Positions 1-11,050 are shown, counted from the first letter of the stretch. The stretch is DNA of 64,000 nucleotides from IMGVR_UViG_3300037010_002844:245434-309433; one strand, 5' to 3'. Numbers and translations: made by a program. The notes: generated by a model not told the origin, from the sequence alone.

Positions 1-204
1 CAAACCCTTCAAGGATGAGCGTTATCCGAGAAATGTAGCCTCTTCTTCACGCGGCAGCGACATGGATGCCGCGTTGTCACTGATGTCAGGCTCGACCGAC
101 AACTACGTGTCGAGCAAACAGAGGTCACAGGCGACGGGTTGGGATTATGATACTGCGGCGGCGGTCGGCACCGACTCGATCGCTTTCGGAGGCATGACAT
201 ACTG

Positions 205-3200
205 ATGCCGGCTTCATCGACCCAACTTCGTAAAGCACCTCAGCGCAGATTTGAGGACTACACCCTCAATCGAATCGTCAGTCCTGAGGTGGGCCTGTAT
301 CCGATCGCAACTTCTGCGATGACGGAAGTTCCGGGCTGGACAACCTCGGGACCGACGGGCGGGGCTCCTGGCGCTGATGACGGTCCGTCGATCAATCTCG
401 ACCTGGGATTTGTCTTTCACTTCGACGGCATCGACTACACTCAAATTGAGGTGACCCCCAACGGCGTCGCCGTGTTGATCGATCCGGCCACGAGCCCGAT
501 ATCAGGTACAGTCATCGGTGACTGTACGTTTGTCACCTACGACAACTCTTCGATCAGGTCGCCTTTCAACGCCACTGCCAATCACGTGTTGCTGTGTGTC
601 TGGTTTGACGACCTTCGCAACCTGTACAAGACAGGAAAAGATTTCCGCGATGATTTTCCGTCTCAGATCACGGATCAGCAACTGCTATATCAGCAGCGTG
701 GCCTTGATCTGCCGAACGAGCGTTACAATGCCGTCGAGTACGGCATCAAGTATGCCTATGTCACGACGAAGGAAGGCATCCGGGCGACGGTATTTCGTTG
801 GAACTCATTGAGCAACTTTTCGTTCGCAGGTTCAAAGCTGCGCTTTGATCTTGTCATCTACGAAAACGGCGTCATCGAGTATCGCTACCACACGCGCATC
901 GGCATCTACAAGACCGACCCAGTGCACCTAGAGTCTGCGACCATCGGCGTCTTCCTGAACAACGATCCCAATTCGCCGAGTTACTGGCGATTCCGCGACT
1001 TCACGGTCGGGATGGGTTACCGTGACCAGGATCGCACGCCGTACAGGTTGGGCGGTTACGTGTACGATTCAACGTATGTCGATGGCCTATCGTCAGTGCC
1101 GTACACCGTCAACCTGACGCCGGAACTTCACTGGCCCGGTCTCAACAGTGAAGGCTGCGTAATGCGGTTCACACCGCCGCAGAACCGTCGCAAGATTCTG
1201 CCCCGTAGAGAGCTCGCTCAGCGTGACGCAAGAACCTCGTATCCTCTGGCGGCCAGGACTGGCGACGGGGACAGGTTGGGCACGCGTTTGAGTGCGTTCG
1301 ATGATCGTCGAACGTTGACCTACGTTCCCGGCGTGGTCGTCGACTATCCGACGACAATTCCTCGTCGTTATGCTGACTCTGAACCAGGAGCACCTGACAG
1401 GATCAACCTGTTCGGTAGCATGGAGGTCACTGGCAGCATCATCAAAGGAAATGCTGACACGTTCATTGGCAATGAACCCAAGCAATTCATCACGCCATTT
1501 TCTGACCATGAACGACCCGAGCAGTCCAGGTCGAGCCAGGTATACTATGCCACGGGCTCAAACGTCGACATCTTCGGCGATAACCTGAAGGAACCGCTGT
1601 CAGCCAAGACTCAGATTAAACTCGAGCTACCGATTGAATATGCGACCTGGATGTTTGAGACAACGTCCAGCATCTATTACTACAATGTGCAGTCACGCGG
1701 GTGGTACGTTCCTCGAAACGTTGTCACGAATCTTGGACACGGAAATTACGACCTGAGTGATCCGCTGGCGGCGCTCGATTACCTCGTCAATCCTGAAGAT
1801 GCTCGAGGTTTCGGTGCGCTCGGCAACTCCATCTCATCTGGATCACACAACCAAAATCTGGGACAGCAGACAGACGCCGTGTTGGGATTCAGTAGCCCAC
1901 CACCGTTCAATCTCAACCTCGACAAGCTAAGCAGCATTCTGTCAAGGCAGTACCCGAATAGTGTCCAGACGAATCCGAAATACCTTGCGACCTCAGACGA
2001 GCAGTTTGAACTGCCCATCAACCACCCATTCTTGATCGAGAAGGTCATCTTCGAGATTCCGATGACAATGGGTCCTGGCTGGTTCAACGATAGAACGACC
2101 ACAAGCGTTCCGATTACTTCAGCCTATAACGGTGGCATCAACTTCTATACGTACGACTTCGCTGGCCCTGCAATCACGGTCTCGCTCTTCAACCAACAGC
2201 AAGCCGGGCCCAACACGTACCGCGACCTGATCACGTCAGGAACCGTCATCCCGTTGGGTGATAACTACGCAAACGTCAAGGCGACCAAGGTCTACTACTA
2301 TACCGGCATAGGCATTCTGCCAGCCTGGATCTTCTCTCCTGAAGGCTTCGTCTCATACAACGCCACGCCCTCGAGCGTTGTGCGACCTGATGGTGACAAC
2401 TACTTCACGGGTAGCATCGAGATTCCGACCATCGCGGGCGTTTCAAATGGAATTATTGCAGAGTACACGTCTATCTTTGCAGACCCTGACATCGAAAGCA
2501 ACCGCGTCAATGTGTTGAAGTGGTTGACGAGCCCAACCGTCGACGTCAATTCGACGACCGAGATCTTCGAAGGCGGTAGCGGCATCACTGTCGTCAAGGA
2601 CGTTGATCCATTTGGTCGAGCCGCGACCGGGTTCAACCCCTCGGGACGCTCAGTATTCGGAAAAGAGTTCGTTACCACTCAGACGTCTATCAACTCACGA
2701 GGACAGTTCAAGAATCCCCTCTTCATCTCTGCCTCGACCACCTCATCGACGAGCTCACTGCCGCAGAACTACCAAAACGCGATCAATGATCCCAACTTCG
2801 TTGCCGCAGTCATCTCTGCCATCAACGTCGGCAGCACCTACCCGTCACCCTATCTGGTCCTGCCTGGCGATAAGTTGACGTTGGCGCTTTCCAAGATGCG
2901 ACCGTCGATCTTCACAAACGGTCAGGACAATTTGACGTCGTCGTTGCCGGTGGATTACTTCACCGCATCACTACGTCACGATGTGACACTGCCGACGGGG
3001 ACCATCAAGATCACGTTGTACGGCACGTTGCTGCGGGAATCAAGGGAACGACACAGCACATTGAACCAGCCACTGAGTTCTGACACAATTCACGAGACGA
3101 TCGGCGATGATCCTGTACTCGATCAGTACAACGTAGAGTACCCTGGTTCGTACTGGGGGACGTACACGGACGACTACATCACCGGAAGCATGTTGTCGAT

Positions 3201-4473
3201 CGTCTCGTCAGGAGGCAGCCGCTACTTTGTGACCGGCTCGCGGGGCAAGGTCTTTCAGAGGTTGGATGCTCGTTCGCAGCCCGCGCCCGCCTCTTCTCCA
3301 ATCACCTCGTACGAGGTTCAGCAGAACAACTCGAAGTCATTCAGATTGCAGCCGTGGTACGAGCGAGCAAACCGGCCCATTGTCACTCAGCTCCTGTCTG
3401 ATTCTGAGACATACTATGATTCTATGGTTCCAGACCTCGCGCAGTGCCTCAAGGCAAGTGGCAATGGAATCTGGATCTTGAAGAATGGCGACGTTCCACC
3501 CGCGCCGTTTGACTCGACGAAAGTCAAGGTAGGTCCAACAGTGGGCTACCTCTATTTCAACAATCAAGTGGACTCGGCTAGCGAGACAATCGAATCCCTC
3601 GCTAACGGCGTTTGGACGTGGTCTTATCCATTTGAGCCGCGCTACAGCGACATTCCTCGCTCAATAGGCATGTCAAAGTCGCTGGTGGCTGAGCGCGAAT
3701 ACTCGAGTGGGTCAAACATGATCTCTCCGATCACCCCGCACGAAATCGACACGTTCTATCCAATCTTTGTTGGCACTACGCCTCACGTTGGATTCTTTGA
3801 AGATTATCTACACTTGGCATTGAATCAGTTCGCCATCTCCTGGCAGATCGCTGCTGACGTTGACCTTCGAAGATCGTCGCCCTATTACCTCACCAGCTCA
3901 CTGTCGCCAGATGATATGATCAGGGTCATGTATGGCTATGGTGACATCAACACCATGGTGCCCCAAAAGGTCACCGGAAGTTGGCCTAACGTCACGCCAG
4001 ATTATACGTCATCGTCAGTGGCGGGTTGCAACAATCAACCTGCTTGGCGTGACCAAGAAATTGCAAAGGGCCTATACGCAACGTACCTGGTCGGTCCGAT
4101 CATCAGAGGTTGGAAATACGGGCTCTATAACGGACTGCCGGTCAAGAGCCACGCTACGTTCCGTCGTGATCGTTACGGTCAAAACCGTGATATGCTCGAG
4201 CAGCGCCCGTTCACCAAGTACTACCAGGCGACCGACACCGCCGACAATAAGGCTGGAGTTCTACGCAGTGCGGTGCAAGTTACCTTCGTCGACTCACAAG
4301 GCAGGATCACACCGCCAGAAAACACCTGGTCGCAGAACTTGAGCACTGAGGCTACATCGTCGATGCCGTACTTTGACGGTCAAGCCGTGAATCGCCCAGA
4401 CCCCAACCCGGCGGCGCTAAACCAGTCGATCATCACGTTCACGTCCAATGTCTTTGGCAACTTGACGGTCTAA
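205..4473 (+). CDS. Large virion structural protein (tail/baseplate-associated), 1422 aa
   Basis: Long ORF rich in T/S/G/P/Y with recurrent TGS/SGS motifs typical of huge-phage structural proteins; no catalytic motif recognised. Confidence 0.6.
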   Translation: MPASSTQLRKAPQRRFEDYTLNRIVSPEVGLYPIATSAMTEVPGWTTSGPTGGAPGADDGPSINLDLGFVFHFDGIDYTQIEVTPNGVAVLIDPATSPISGTVIGDCTFVTYDNSSIRSPFNATANHVLLCVWFDDLRNLYKTGKDFRDDFPSQITDQQLLYQQRGLDLPNERYNAVEYGIKYAYVTTKEGIRATVFRWNSLSNFSFAGSKLRFDLVIYENGVIEYRYHTRIGIYKTDPVHLESATIGVFLNNDPNSPSYWRFRDFTVGMGYRDQDRTPYRLGGYVYDSTYVDGLSSVPYTVNLTPELHWPGLNSEGCVMRFTPPQNRRKILPRRELAQRDARTSYPLAARTGDGDRLGTRLSAFDDRRTLTYVPGVVVDYPTTIPRRYADSEPGAPDRINLFGSMEVTGSIIKGNADTFIGNEPKQFITPFSDHERPEQSRSSQVYYATGSNVDIFGDNLKEPLSAKTQIKLELPIEYATWMFETTSSIYYYNVQSRGWYVPRNVVTNLGHGNYDLSDPLAALDYLVNPEDARGFGALGNSISSGSHNQNLGQQTDAVLGFSSPPPFNLNLDKLSSILSRQYPNSVQTNPKYLATSDEQFELPINHPFLIEKVIFEIPMTMGPGWFNDRTTTSVPITSAYNGGINFYTYDFAGPAITVSLFNQQQAGPNTYRDLITSGTVIPLGDNYANVKATKVYYYTGIGILPAWIFSPEGFVSYNATPSSVVRPDGDNYFTGSIEIPTIAGVSNGIIAEYTSIFADPDIESNRVNVLKWLTSPTVDVNSTTEIFEGGSGITVVKDVDPFGRAATGFNPSGRSVFGKEFVTTQTSINSRGQFKNPLFISASTTSSTSSLPQNYQNAINDPNFVAAVISAINVGSTYPSPYLVLPGDKLTLALSKMRPSIFTNGQDNLTSSLPVDYFTASLRHDVTLPTGTIKITLYGTLLRESRERHSTLNQPLSSDTIHETIGDDPVLDQYNVEYPGSYWGTYTDDYITGSMLSIVSSGGSRYFVTGSRGKVFQRLDARSQPAPASSPITSYEVQQNNSKSFRLQPWYERANRPIVTQLLSDSETYYDSMVPDLAQCLKASGNGIWILKNGDVPPAPFDSTKVKVGPTVGYLYFNNQVDSASETIESLANGVWTWSYPFEPRYSDIPRSIGMSKSLVAEREYSSGSNMISPITPHEIDTFYPIFVGTTPHVGFFEDYLHLALNQFAISWQIAADVDLRRSSPYYLTSSLSPDDMIRVMYGYGDINTMVPQKVTGSWPNVTPDYTSSSVAGCNNQPAWRDQEIAKGLYATYLVGPIIRGWKYGLYNGLPVKSHATFRRDRYGQNRDMLEQRPFTKYYQATDTADNKAGVLRSAVQVTFVDSQGRITPPENTWSQNLSTEATSSMPYFDGQAVNRPDPNPAALNQSIITFTSNVFGNLTV

Positions 4474-4476
4474 ACG

Positions 4477-5745
4477 ATGCCGACGAAGGACGACGCAGCG
4501 CACTCATTCTTTGTGTTCGTCAAGGACGTCAACACGGGCAAGATCTCGCGTGTTGCCTTTCCGGGCGCCGTGCAGGTCGGCATGGCCGGCAATCCAACCG
4601 AACTGTCTGTGTTGGGCAGTCTGTCTGTCAACGTGACGACGTACCGAACCGCGCCAGCGAACAACGGCATCATCAACCTGAAGCCGTACGACACCGTCGC
4701 CTGCATTATTAACGCATACACACCGTCAACAAACATCATTCGCGTCAACCTGCCGGCCAAGCCCAGGGATGGTCAACTTCACTTCATTAAGGATGTTTCT
4801 GGCAGCGCAGGCAACGCTAGAATCGACGTCTACGGCAGCGCCGATGGTAAGACGCCGATCGATGGCAGTGCGTCACCCGTCAGTATGACTACACCATACG
4901 ACTCGTGTGGCTTTGTCTGGTCTGGCCCGGAACGCATCTGGATCCTGTTGACGAAGACTGGCACCAGCGGGGGCGGGGGTGCGACCAATGGTGCTGGTGG
5001 AGGAGCCGCATCGCTTTATCCTCTCGATTCACACGACAAAATCTTGTGGAAGTTTGACGACACTACACCAGGAGGTCCGTACCTCAACTATGGAACTATA
5101 GTTGGCTATGATGCAACGCAGCTTGGCACTGCAGGTCAAGATATCCCGTGTCAATTTGGTCGAGTGACACAGTGCGTTTTTCACTCTGGTTGGTCGTACC
5201 TTGGCGGCCCAGCTGGAACATCAGGTAACCTATCACCGACGGGTAGCTTCACTGTTGCTGGTTGGTTTAAGCTCTTGGCCGCATCTGATACGTTATTGTT
5301 CTACAAACGGTATCGCATTACAGGGTCGGCTTACGGCTGGTTTGCGCCATTTGCCACTGTGTTGATGACCTGGCACTCTGACAATACCACGTCATTGTAC
5401 CTCACATTGGGCCCCGACGGAGCAGGCACACGTTTTCAGTTTGACACGCCCAAGATTATCCCGTATGGAGAGTGGGTCTTCGTAGGTCTGACGTTCGATC
5501 AAGCTGACAGCAAGTATCGAGTGTATGTCAACGGTAATCTCGTCTATACGTCACCCGCATTTGGCAGTAGCACGATCGATTGGAACAATGCGGGAGCAGA
5601 CGCTTGCGGGAGCTGGTGCACCGGGTCAGATCCCAATAACAGCGAGTACCCGAACACTTACGTCAATGCCTTGCGCGTGTGCGACGTGGCACGACCAGGT
5701 TCTTGGTTCACCGCCGTTTTTGCAGCAGAGAACGGTCGCTACTAA
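4477..5745 (+). CDS. Tail fibre/receptor-binding protein with C-terminal LamG (ConA-like) domain
   Basis: Gly-rich linker then WKFDD...FTVAGWFK...GEWVFVGLTFD...RVYVNG LamG pattern; N-terminal LP..P.DG....IKD..G.A motif common in phage fibres. Confidence 0.7.
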   Translation: MPTKDDAAHSFFVFVKDVNTGKISRVAFPGAVQVGMAGNPTELSVLGSLSVNVTTYRTAPANNGIINLKPYDTVACIINAYTPSTNIIRVNLPAKPRDGQLHFIKDVSGSAGNARIDVYGSADGKTPIDGSASPVSMTTPYDSCGFVWSGPERIWILLTKTGTSGGGGATNGAGGGAASLYPLDSHDKILWKFDDTTPGGPYLNYGTIVGYDATQLGTAGQDIPCQFGRVTQCVFHSGWSYLGGPAGTSGNLSPTGSFTVAGWFKLLAASDTLLFYKRYRITGSAYGWFAPFATVLMTWHSDNTTSLYLTLGPDGAGTRFQFDTPKIIPYGEWVFVGLTFDQADSKYRVYVNGNLVYTSPAFGSSTIDWNNAGADACGSWCTGSDPNNSEYPNTYVNALRVCDVARPGSWFTAVFAAENGRY

Positions 5746-5936
5746 GGCTTCTCAACCAGAATCACTTGGGGTTGAGGAGCTCGCTTTAGGTACTCGTACC
5801 ACCGCTCGTGGCGTAGTCGCTCTTGTTCTGCCTTGTCGACGGGCGGACCATCATTGCGAGTAACCACGACGTCTTCCCCCTCACTGCCCAAATCAATTAC
5901 GATCATGTTAACCTCCGAAACGTAAGTATCGGGCAC
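5742..5936 (-). CDS. Hypothetical protein
   Basis: 64-aa ORF filling the gap between two genes. Confidence 0.45.
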   Translation of the reverse strand: MPDTYVSEVNMIVIDLGSEGEDVVVTRNDGPPVDKAEQERLRHERWYEYLKRAPQPQVILVEKP

Positions 5937-6037
5937 CCTCTAACCACCGTAACACATTCCGGGCCCGTGGGAAGGCCCAAATGGAACACGGGGGCACCCA
6001 CGAATATTCGCGTAATACCCCCGGTTGTGTTCAGCCT

Positions 6038-7309
6038 TCAGCGGCCGATCTTATTCAGGATGGTGTCGTAGGACGAGGCGTTGAGCTTTTCCTTGGACGC
6101 CATCAACTCACACCACTCGCGGGCATTGGCCGCACGGCTTTCCCACAAGTTGAAGTAGGGCGCCGCCCAATCGTTGGACTGCATCACCTTCTCAGCGAAG
6201 AGCTTCCGCGAACCCGCTGCGTAATCACGCCAGGCCTCGAAGTTGCGATCGACAGAGATGAGATACTCGCGCACCGCAGCCTGCATCGAACGCAGCTCCC
6301 CAGCCACGTCGGCCTCGACCAACGGGATGACGTCATCAATCGTGCCGCGGATGATGGCCTCGACTGCGGATCGCTTCGAGACAGTCACTAGGTCCTTCGC
6401 TTTGGAAGACAGGACCCAGGCCCGAGACTTGACCTTCTGACGGTTGAAATTCGAGTCAACGACGACCGCGCCTTCCAACTTTGATGGGTCCGCCGCCTCA
6501 ACAAACGCTGCCAGCGCCTTCGGTTCCGACAACTTCCAACGCTGCGGCCGGTTGACGTGCTGCAGTTGCAGCTCCTCGATGACCGATTCATTGCCCGATG
6601 CCGTGTGACGAATCGCCAACAGCGTCACACGAGGCTCGTCATAGCGAACCACGATGCGGTTGTGCGGGCTCGTTAGCTCGAAGACGTACGTCAGTTCCTT
6701 GTTGAGATGAACGACCTGATCGAAGTCGCTCGGAACCCAGTCTAGCTTTTGGCCCGAGTTCGCCTCACGGGTCTCGATCAGGGCCTTGAAGAACAGGTCG
6801 CGGAACGTCATGTTGCCGATCGACATGTCATCCTTGCGGATCGGCAGGTCAGCCTCGGGAACCGACCGCGTACCGACGTGCCACTGACCATGAAGTTCGT
6901 CCCAGTAGACGATGCAACACGTGCCATCGAGCTTCTCGTAGACGCGGAGCTCGGGATCCGACCAGTCGACCCCCGCGGCCGCGACATCGCCGTGGTTGTA
7001 GAAGCGATTCATGGGCCAGGCCAACAGCTCGCAGTCGCCTACGACGCGGTCGCGCCACTTTGCTGTCGACAGAGGCGCGCCACCACGCCGGGCCTCATCG
7101 TGGAGGAACTGCTCCGTCTGCTCGCGAGATGGACGAATCACCATGCCGCGGCACTGTTCCATCAAGGCATTGCCCGACTTCGCCAAGATCTGATCATAGT
7201 TGAGTGAGAACTTATCGAAGCGCGAGTTGGGCCGCGCACAGACACCGTGCTCGTCCTCGAGCTCACGGAACGTATGGGAACGCAGGTACTCCAACACCAA
7301 CGGCTTCAT
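6038..7309 (-). CDS. T4 Rnl1-like RNA ligase
   Basis: Nucleotidyltransferase motif I EKLDGT, RFYN, FELTSPHNRIVVRY, EGAVV, KVK; own promoter upstream. Confidence 0.88.
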   Translation of the reverse strand: MKPLVLEYLRSHTFRELEDEHGVCARPNSRFDKFSLNYDQILAKSGNALMEQCRGMVIRPSREQTEQFLHDEARRGGAPLSTAKWRDRVVGDCELLAWPMNRFYNHGDVAAAGVDWSDPELRVYEKLDGTCCIVYWDELHGQWHVGTRSVPEADLPIRKDDMSIGNMTFRDLFFKALIETREANSGQKLDWVPSDFDQVVHLNKELTYVFELTSPHNRIVVRYDEPRVTLLAIRHTASGNESVIEELQLQHVNRPQRWKLSEPKALAAFVEAADPSKLEGAVVVDSNFNRQKVKSRAWVLSSKAKDLVTVSKRSAVEAIIRGTIDDVIPLVEADVAGELRSMQAAVREYLISVDRNFEAWRDYAAGSRKLFAEKVMQSNDWAAPYFNLWESRAANAREWCELMASKEKLNASSYDTILNKIGR

Positions 7310-7386
7310 CTCATGCCTCCTAGTTACTCTAGCATACCATGCCGGGACGGACTAATACACTGCGTCGAGACCATGTACGATTATAC

Positions 7387-8010
7387 ATGCAATCCAAGAC
7401 GAAACTCTTGAAAGAGTGCGTCGAGGGTCTCGTCCTGGAAGTCATCGGCCCGCGAAAACTGCGTGTGTTCGACTTCGATGACACTCTGGCGCAGACAGGT
7501 TCCAAGGTCTGGGTCATTCGACCCGATGGTTCGCGGAAGTCATTGTTGCCGGGAGAATTTGCTGTCTACCAGCCTACGCCCGACGAGCAGTTTGACTTCA
7601 CTGAGTTTGGTCAGTTGATCGAGCCCAAGGCCTACGTCTGGACGGGCCGCGTCCTAAAGAACATCTACGACAAGTACGGACCTAGTGGTGTCGTCATCCT
7701 GACAGCACGCCACGCGACAGCGCCCATTCATCAGTTCCTGCATCAAGCAGGATTTGACGGGATTGAGGTCATTGCTCTGGGCACCTCCAACCCGCAGGCC
7801 AAAGCCAATTGGATCGATGCCCGCATCGTGCGTGATGACCTGCACTTGATTGAGTTCTTTGATGACTCGAGCAAGAATGTTGAGGCAGTCCGCGCCCTGC
7901 AGGACAAACACCCTGACGTCAAGGTGATTGCGCGACACATTGTGCACCAGTCGAAGCCGATGCCACACCCATATCCTCCGCTGCAACCGCGATCAAGGAA
8001 CAAGATTTGA
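7387..8010 (+). CDS. HAD-superfamily phosphatase with N-terminal leader motif
   Basis: VFDFDDTL (motif I), ILTAR (II), K (III), FFDDS..N (IV); probable start MQSKTKLLKECVEGLVLE. Confidence 0.8.
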   Translation: MQSKTKLLKECVEGLVLEVIGPRKLRVFDFDDTLAQTGSKVWVIRPDGSRKSLLPGEFAVYQPTPDEQFDFTEFGQLIEPKAYVWTGRVLKNIYDKYGPSGVVILTARHATAPIHQFLHQAGFDGIEVIALGTSNPQAKANWIDARIVRDDLHLIEFFDDSSKNVEAVRALQDKHPDVKVIARHIVHQSKPMPHPYPPLQPRSRNKI

Positions 8011-8280
8011 TTGCGTAGATGCCGTTAGAGGTTAGACACAGCGACCACTGATCTTCTGCGCGGTTGAGTACGATGAATAGCCCGCCGGGATCATCGCTCG
8101 GCTGCATTTGCATTTCGTCGCGCAGTATCTGGTAGACTTTGGCATCGTCTCAACGAGGACGATCATCACTGTATCATGCTTCAAGCGAAGCGATGGGTGA
8201 CGAAGTCCGCCTCTGTCAAGCGCTTGACGATGATAGCCTCGGCATGAGTCCTCTCATACATGTCGATGAATCTGACCAGA

Positions 8281-8742
8281 TCACCCGTCTTCAACGTCGC
8301 TTCCATCAGGATCCTCCTCATCTGGATCGTCGCTGCCGTCCTGGAACAGAGCATCCAAATCGAGGCGCCACTCAGCCTCAGAGGTCAGCAGCCTGGTGCG
8401 CGTGAGTTCGTCTTCAATATCGCGAAAGATGAACGTATCATCAGCGACCCAACCGTGATCGACTGAGACAACCAGCCCAGAGGCGTTCTTGGTCGGTGAG
8501 CCCTTGGCGAACCTCACGTAGTCGAGACGTCGATAGCGATCGGCTCCCTCGTGAGCGAACTCACAACCACGCCACTCAACTTCAAGAAAGTCACCGGGCA
8601 ACAACGTCACCACTGACGAGCCATCTGGATCGGGACCTGCACCCACGTCGTTTAGCCAGAGGTAGAGCGCCTCGGCAGAATCGAAGAACCTGAAGGGCTT
8701 GCCCAACGCCTTGTTCTTCAACTCAATGCGGATTTTTTTCAC
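8281..8742 (-). CDS. Hypothetical protein with acidic tail
   Basis: 153-aa ORF co-oriented with neighbours. Confidence 0.6.
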   Translation of the reverse strand: MKKIRIELKNKALGKPFRFFDSAEALYLWLNDVGAGPDPDGSSVVTLLPGDFLEVEWRGCEFAHEGADRYRRLDYVRFAKGSPTKNASGLVVSVDHGWVADDTFIFRDIEDELTRTRLLTSEAEWRLDLDALFQDGSDDPDEEDPDGSDVEDG

Positions 8743-8751
8743 GGTGTTCCC

Positions 8752-9141
8752 TCAATTGATCGTGTGGCTAGAAGAGTTGCCCACCAATCCTAGGTAATCC
8801 GTGAGTCGCCTGATGCTCTCGGCATTGGGAACGTCGTCCCAATCTTCTTCCTTCATCAGGGTCCCTCGGATTGAGTTGAGGGTGTCTCTTGGCTGTGACT
8901 TGATGAGGTTCTTTTCAGCATTGACGATTGCCGCCGCGCAGTGATGATCGCACATGGCAACGTTGAGGCGCTTGTGCCGGACTGTCGCCGGAACACTGCA
9001 CTCCCCTGCGTTACACCTCTCAACCTGAGGAATCAGCAGCTTAACAACGTCGAAGAAACCGTCAGACAGGGCGTTAATTAGCCTCTCATGACGCATAACC
9101 AACTTTGCAAGTGCTACCTTCACGTCAGGACGATCTGCCAT
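8752..9141 (-). CDS. Hypothetical protein (possible Zn-binding)
   Basis: 129-aa ORF with Cys/His cluster; TAGAAT -10 element 6 nt before ATG. Confidence 0.6.
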   Translation of the reverse strand: MADRPDVKVALAKLVMRHERLINALSDGFFDVVKLLIPQVERCNAGECSVPATVRHKRLNVAMCDHHCAAAIVNAEKNLIKSQPRDTLNSIRGTLMKEEDWDDVPNAESIRRLTDYLGLVGNSSSHTIN

Positions 9142-9177
9142 GGGATGATTCTACTCCATGCCCACGTGTACTTCAAC

Positions 9178-9252
9178 GGTCCGACCGTCCGGAATTGAAC
9201 CGGCTTGGCGCGCTTATAAGACGCGCTCGGAGGACCACTCCGACCCGGGCGG
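9178..9252 (-). tRNA. tRNA-Ile(UAU)
   Basis: Anticodon loop CTTATAA in GCGT/GCGC stem, TTCAATT T-loop. Confidence 0.7.
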
Positions 9253-9260
9253 TTGTTATG

Positions 9261-9878
9261 TTACCGTAGAGTCCGGAACAACTCGTTATTGTCGCCGCAG
9301 TAAGCCTTCAGCTTGTCGAACCAGGCCCGCGACTTCTGCTTGAACATCACGGGTGCCTTGGTTTTCTTGTCGTTCTTGCCTTTGCAGACGACGCCTTCAA
9401 AGGTCATGCCGGGCAGCGAACCGTCCCGAACGCTCTCTATGAAGGCTTCCGTCACTTCGCCTTCGTACAAGACCTTGGCGTGGTCGAGGTGACCAAACAA
9501 CTTCAGGTAGAGCTCAGGCTCCAGAATGCCGGCGCCGAAGGGCGCCACGTCGATCAGGGTTACCGTCTGGTCTTCCTTGAGGTCGTGCATGCCGAAGGCA
9601 CTATTGGGCCCCCAAAATTCGAAGAAGCAGCAGGCCGAGACCCACTTCGATTCCTTGAGCACCTCGTCGATGCCCTTGCCGTACTTGTCGTTGATCAGTC
9701 CGGGCACCTTACCGAAGACAGGATCGGATGCGTCCACTAGCCGCGTGCGGGTGCCGAACTTGTAGAAGCCTTTTTTGCGCGACCACTCGGCGCGGACGTT
9801 GGACCCGTCGAGCTTGTCGAAGGCGACGATTGGGACTCGGCACTCGGTGGCGTAGGGGATTGAGGGATATGATTTCAT
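9261..9878 (-). CDS. RNA ligase (compact Rnl2/Rnl5-like nucleotidyltransferase)
   Basis: YPSI...FDKLDGSN motif I, FFEFWG, FEGVVCK, MFKQK; start taken at MKSYPSI. Confidence 0.8.
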   Translation of the reverse strand: MKSYPSIPYATECRVPIVAFDKLDGSNVRAEWSRKKGFYKFGTRTRLVDASDPVFGKVPGLINDKYGKGIDEVLKESKWVSACCFFEFWGPNSAFGMHDLKEDQTVTLIDVAPFGAGILEPELYLKLFGHLDHAKVLYEGEVTEAFIESVRDGSLPGMTFEGVVCKGKNDKKTKAPVMFKQKSRAWFDKLKAYCGDNNELFRTLR

Positions 9879-10019
9879 GACTTTCTTCACAGAAAAACAT
9901 TCGTCGCCATCGATGTCATCGATAGCCCTAGATCGTCGGTGGTACGATACCACTACGCCACGATCACAAAAGCTTTCACATGTAGGCCATTGGGGACGGC
10001 CTTGGTGGTGATTACTTGC

Positions 10020-10093
10020 TGGAGCGGGTCACCGGAATCGAACCGATCTCTCTAGCTTGGAAGGCTAGGGCACAACCACTATACCAGACCCGC
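10020..10093 (-). tRNA. tRNA-Gly(UCC)
   Basis: Cloverleaf, loop CTTCCAA, CCA end. Confidence 0.9.
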
Positions 10094-10103
10094 ACTTGAA
10101 TTT

Positions 10104-10178
10104 TGGAGCAGGTGATAAAATTCAAACCCACGACCATCTCATTGGCAACGAGATGTTCTACTACTGAACTACACCTGC
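10104..10178 (-). tRNA. tRNA-Gly(GCC), T-arm degenerate
   Basis: Loop TTGCCAA, CCA end; T-stem mismatched. Confidence 0.65.
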
Positions 10179-10203
10179 ACTGTGCTATTGTAACCTGCGT
10201 CCC

Positions 10204-10587
10204 TCAACCTGCTCGCCTCAAACGTCGGTTGTATGAGTTCTTTGCTGCCGCGCGCTGACCAGGCTTCCACTTCAACATATTCTTCCATCCGGTCAGAGCA
10301 TCAACCTCATCGCCGCCCTTCAACGGGATCCTGGTGGGTGGGTCCATGTCCTCATACGGGCTCGCGGGTTCTTCGGGCGAGACTTCACCATCGAGCGGAG
10401 GATTCTCTAGAGGAGGCTCCACGATGTCATCATCCATGTAATCGTAGCCTTCTTCGTCGTAGAGGTCCGAATACTCAGGCTCAGGCTCAATCTGCTGCTT
10501 ACGGGTCGACTTATCCCAAGTCGGATACGATTCTGCCAAGACAACCTCTTTAATGAGGTTCCTCAGTTTGCCAAGGGTAATCTTCAT
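10204..10587 (-). CDS. Acidic protein with MKITxxxLRxLIKE leader (putative internal virion protein)
   Basis: MKITLGKLRNLIKEVVL; ATAGTTA 6 nt upstream of ATG. Confidence 0.7.
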   Translation of the reverse strand: MKITLGKLRNLIKEVVLAESYPTWDKSTRKQQIEPEPEYSDLYDEEGYDYMDDDIVEPPLENPPLDGEVSPEEPASPYEDMDPPTRIPLKGGDEVDALTGWKNMLKWKPGQRAAAKNSYNRRLRRAG

Positions 10588-10599
10588 GTCCAGTAACTA

Positions 10600-11002
10600 T
10601 GGCGGAAGAGGAGGAATTCGAACCCTTGGGGCCCTCCCCGCTACCTTTGCGATAACCTCCAATATTTCCGTCACGTTTAGCTGCTTCACGAATACGTTGT
10701 CGTCGAACGACATCCTTTTCAGGAGAGGAGGCTATGCCACGACAATTAAGATTATTCGTGAGTGCTATCCTAATTTACTCGCGCACTTCGGGAGAAGTTG
10801 TCTGCCCGTGACTCCAACTTTTCTTTCCTAAGATTCCGCGTGGATGTTCACGACCCTCAAGGGGATTCTTGCCTCGTTTATGTGAAGCATCTCGTTCTTT
10901 CTTAGCGGGACATGCATTGACACTAGTGTTGCAACACCAGCGTTTTGTGCTTATGAAGAATTTCACTCCTTCGTTGCCACATCCATAATCACATTGAGGC
11001 AT
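10600..11002 (-). pseudogene. Homing-endonuclease-like remnant fused by deletion to the 3' half of a tRNA-Ser
   Basis: MPQCDYGCG...EVRE*IRIAL...GNIGGYRKGSG runs directly into GGTTCGAATTCC-TCCTCTTCCGCCA. Confidence 0.65.
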
Positions 11003-11050
11003 TTAGAATCATGCTTTGCATGTAAATGGTGTAAAGCGCCTGTTCTAACT

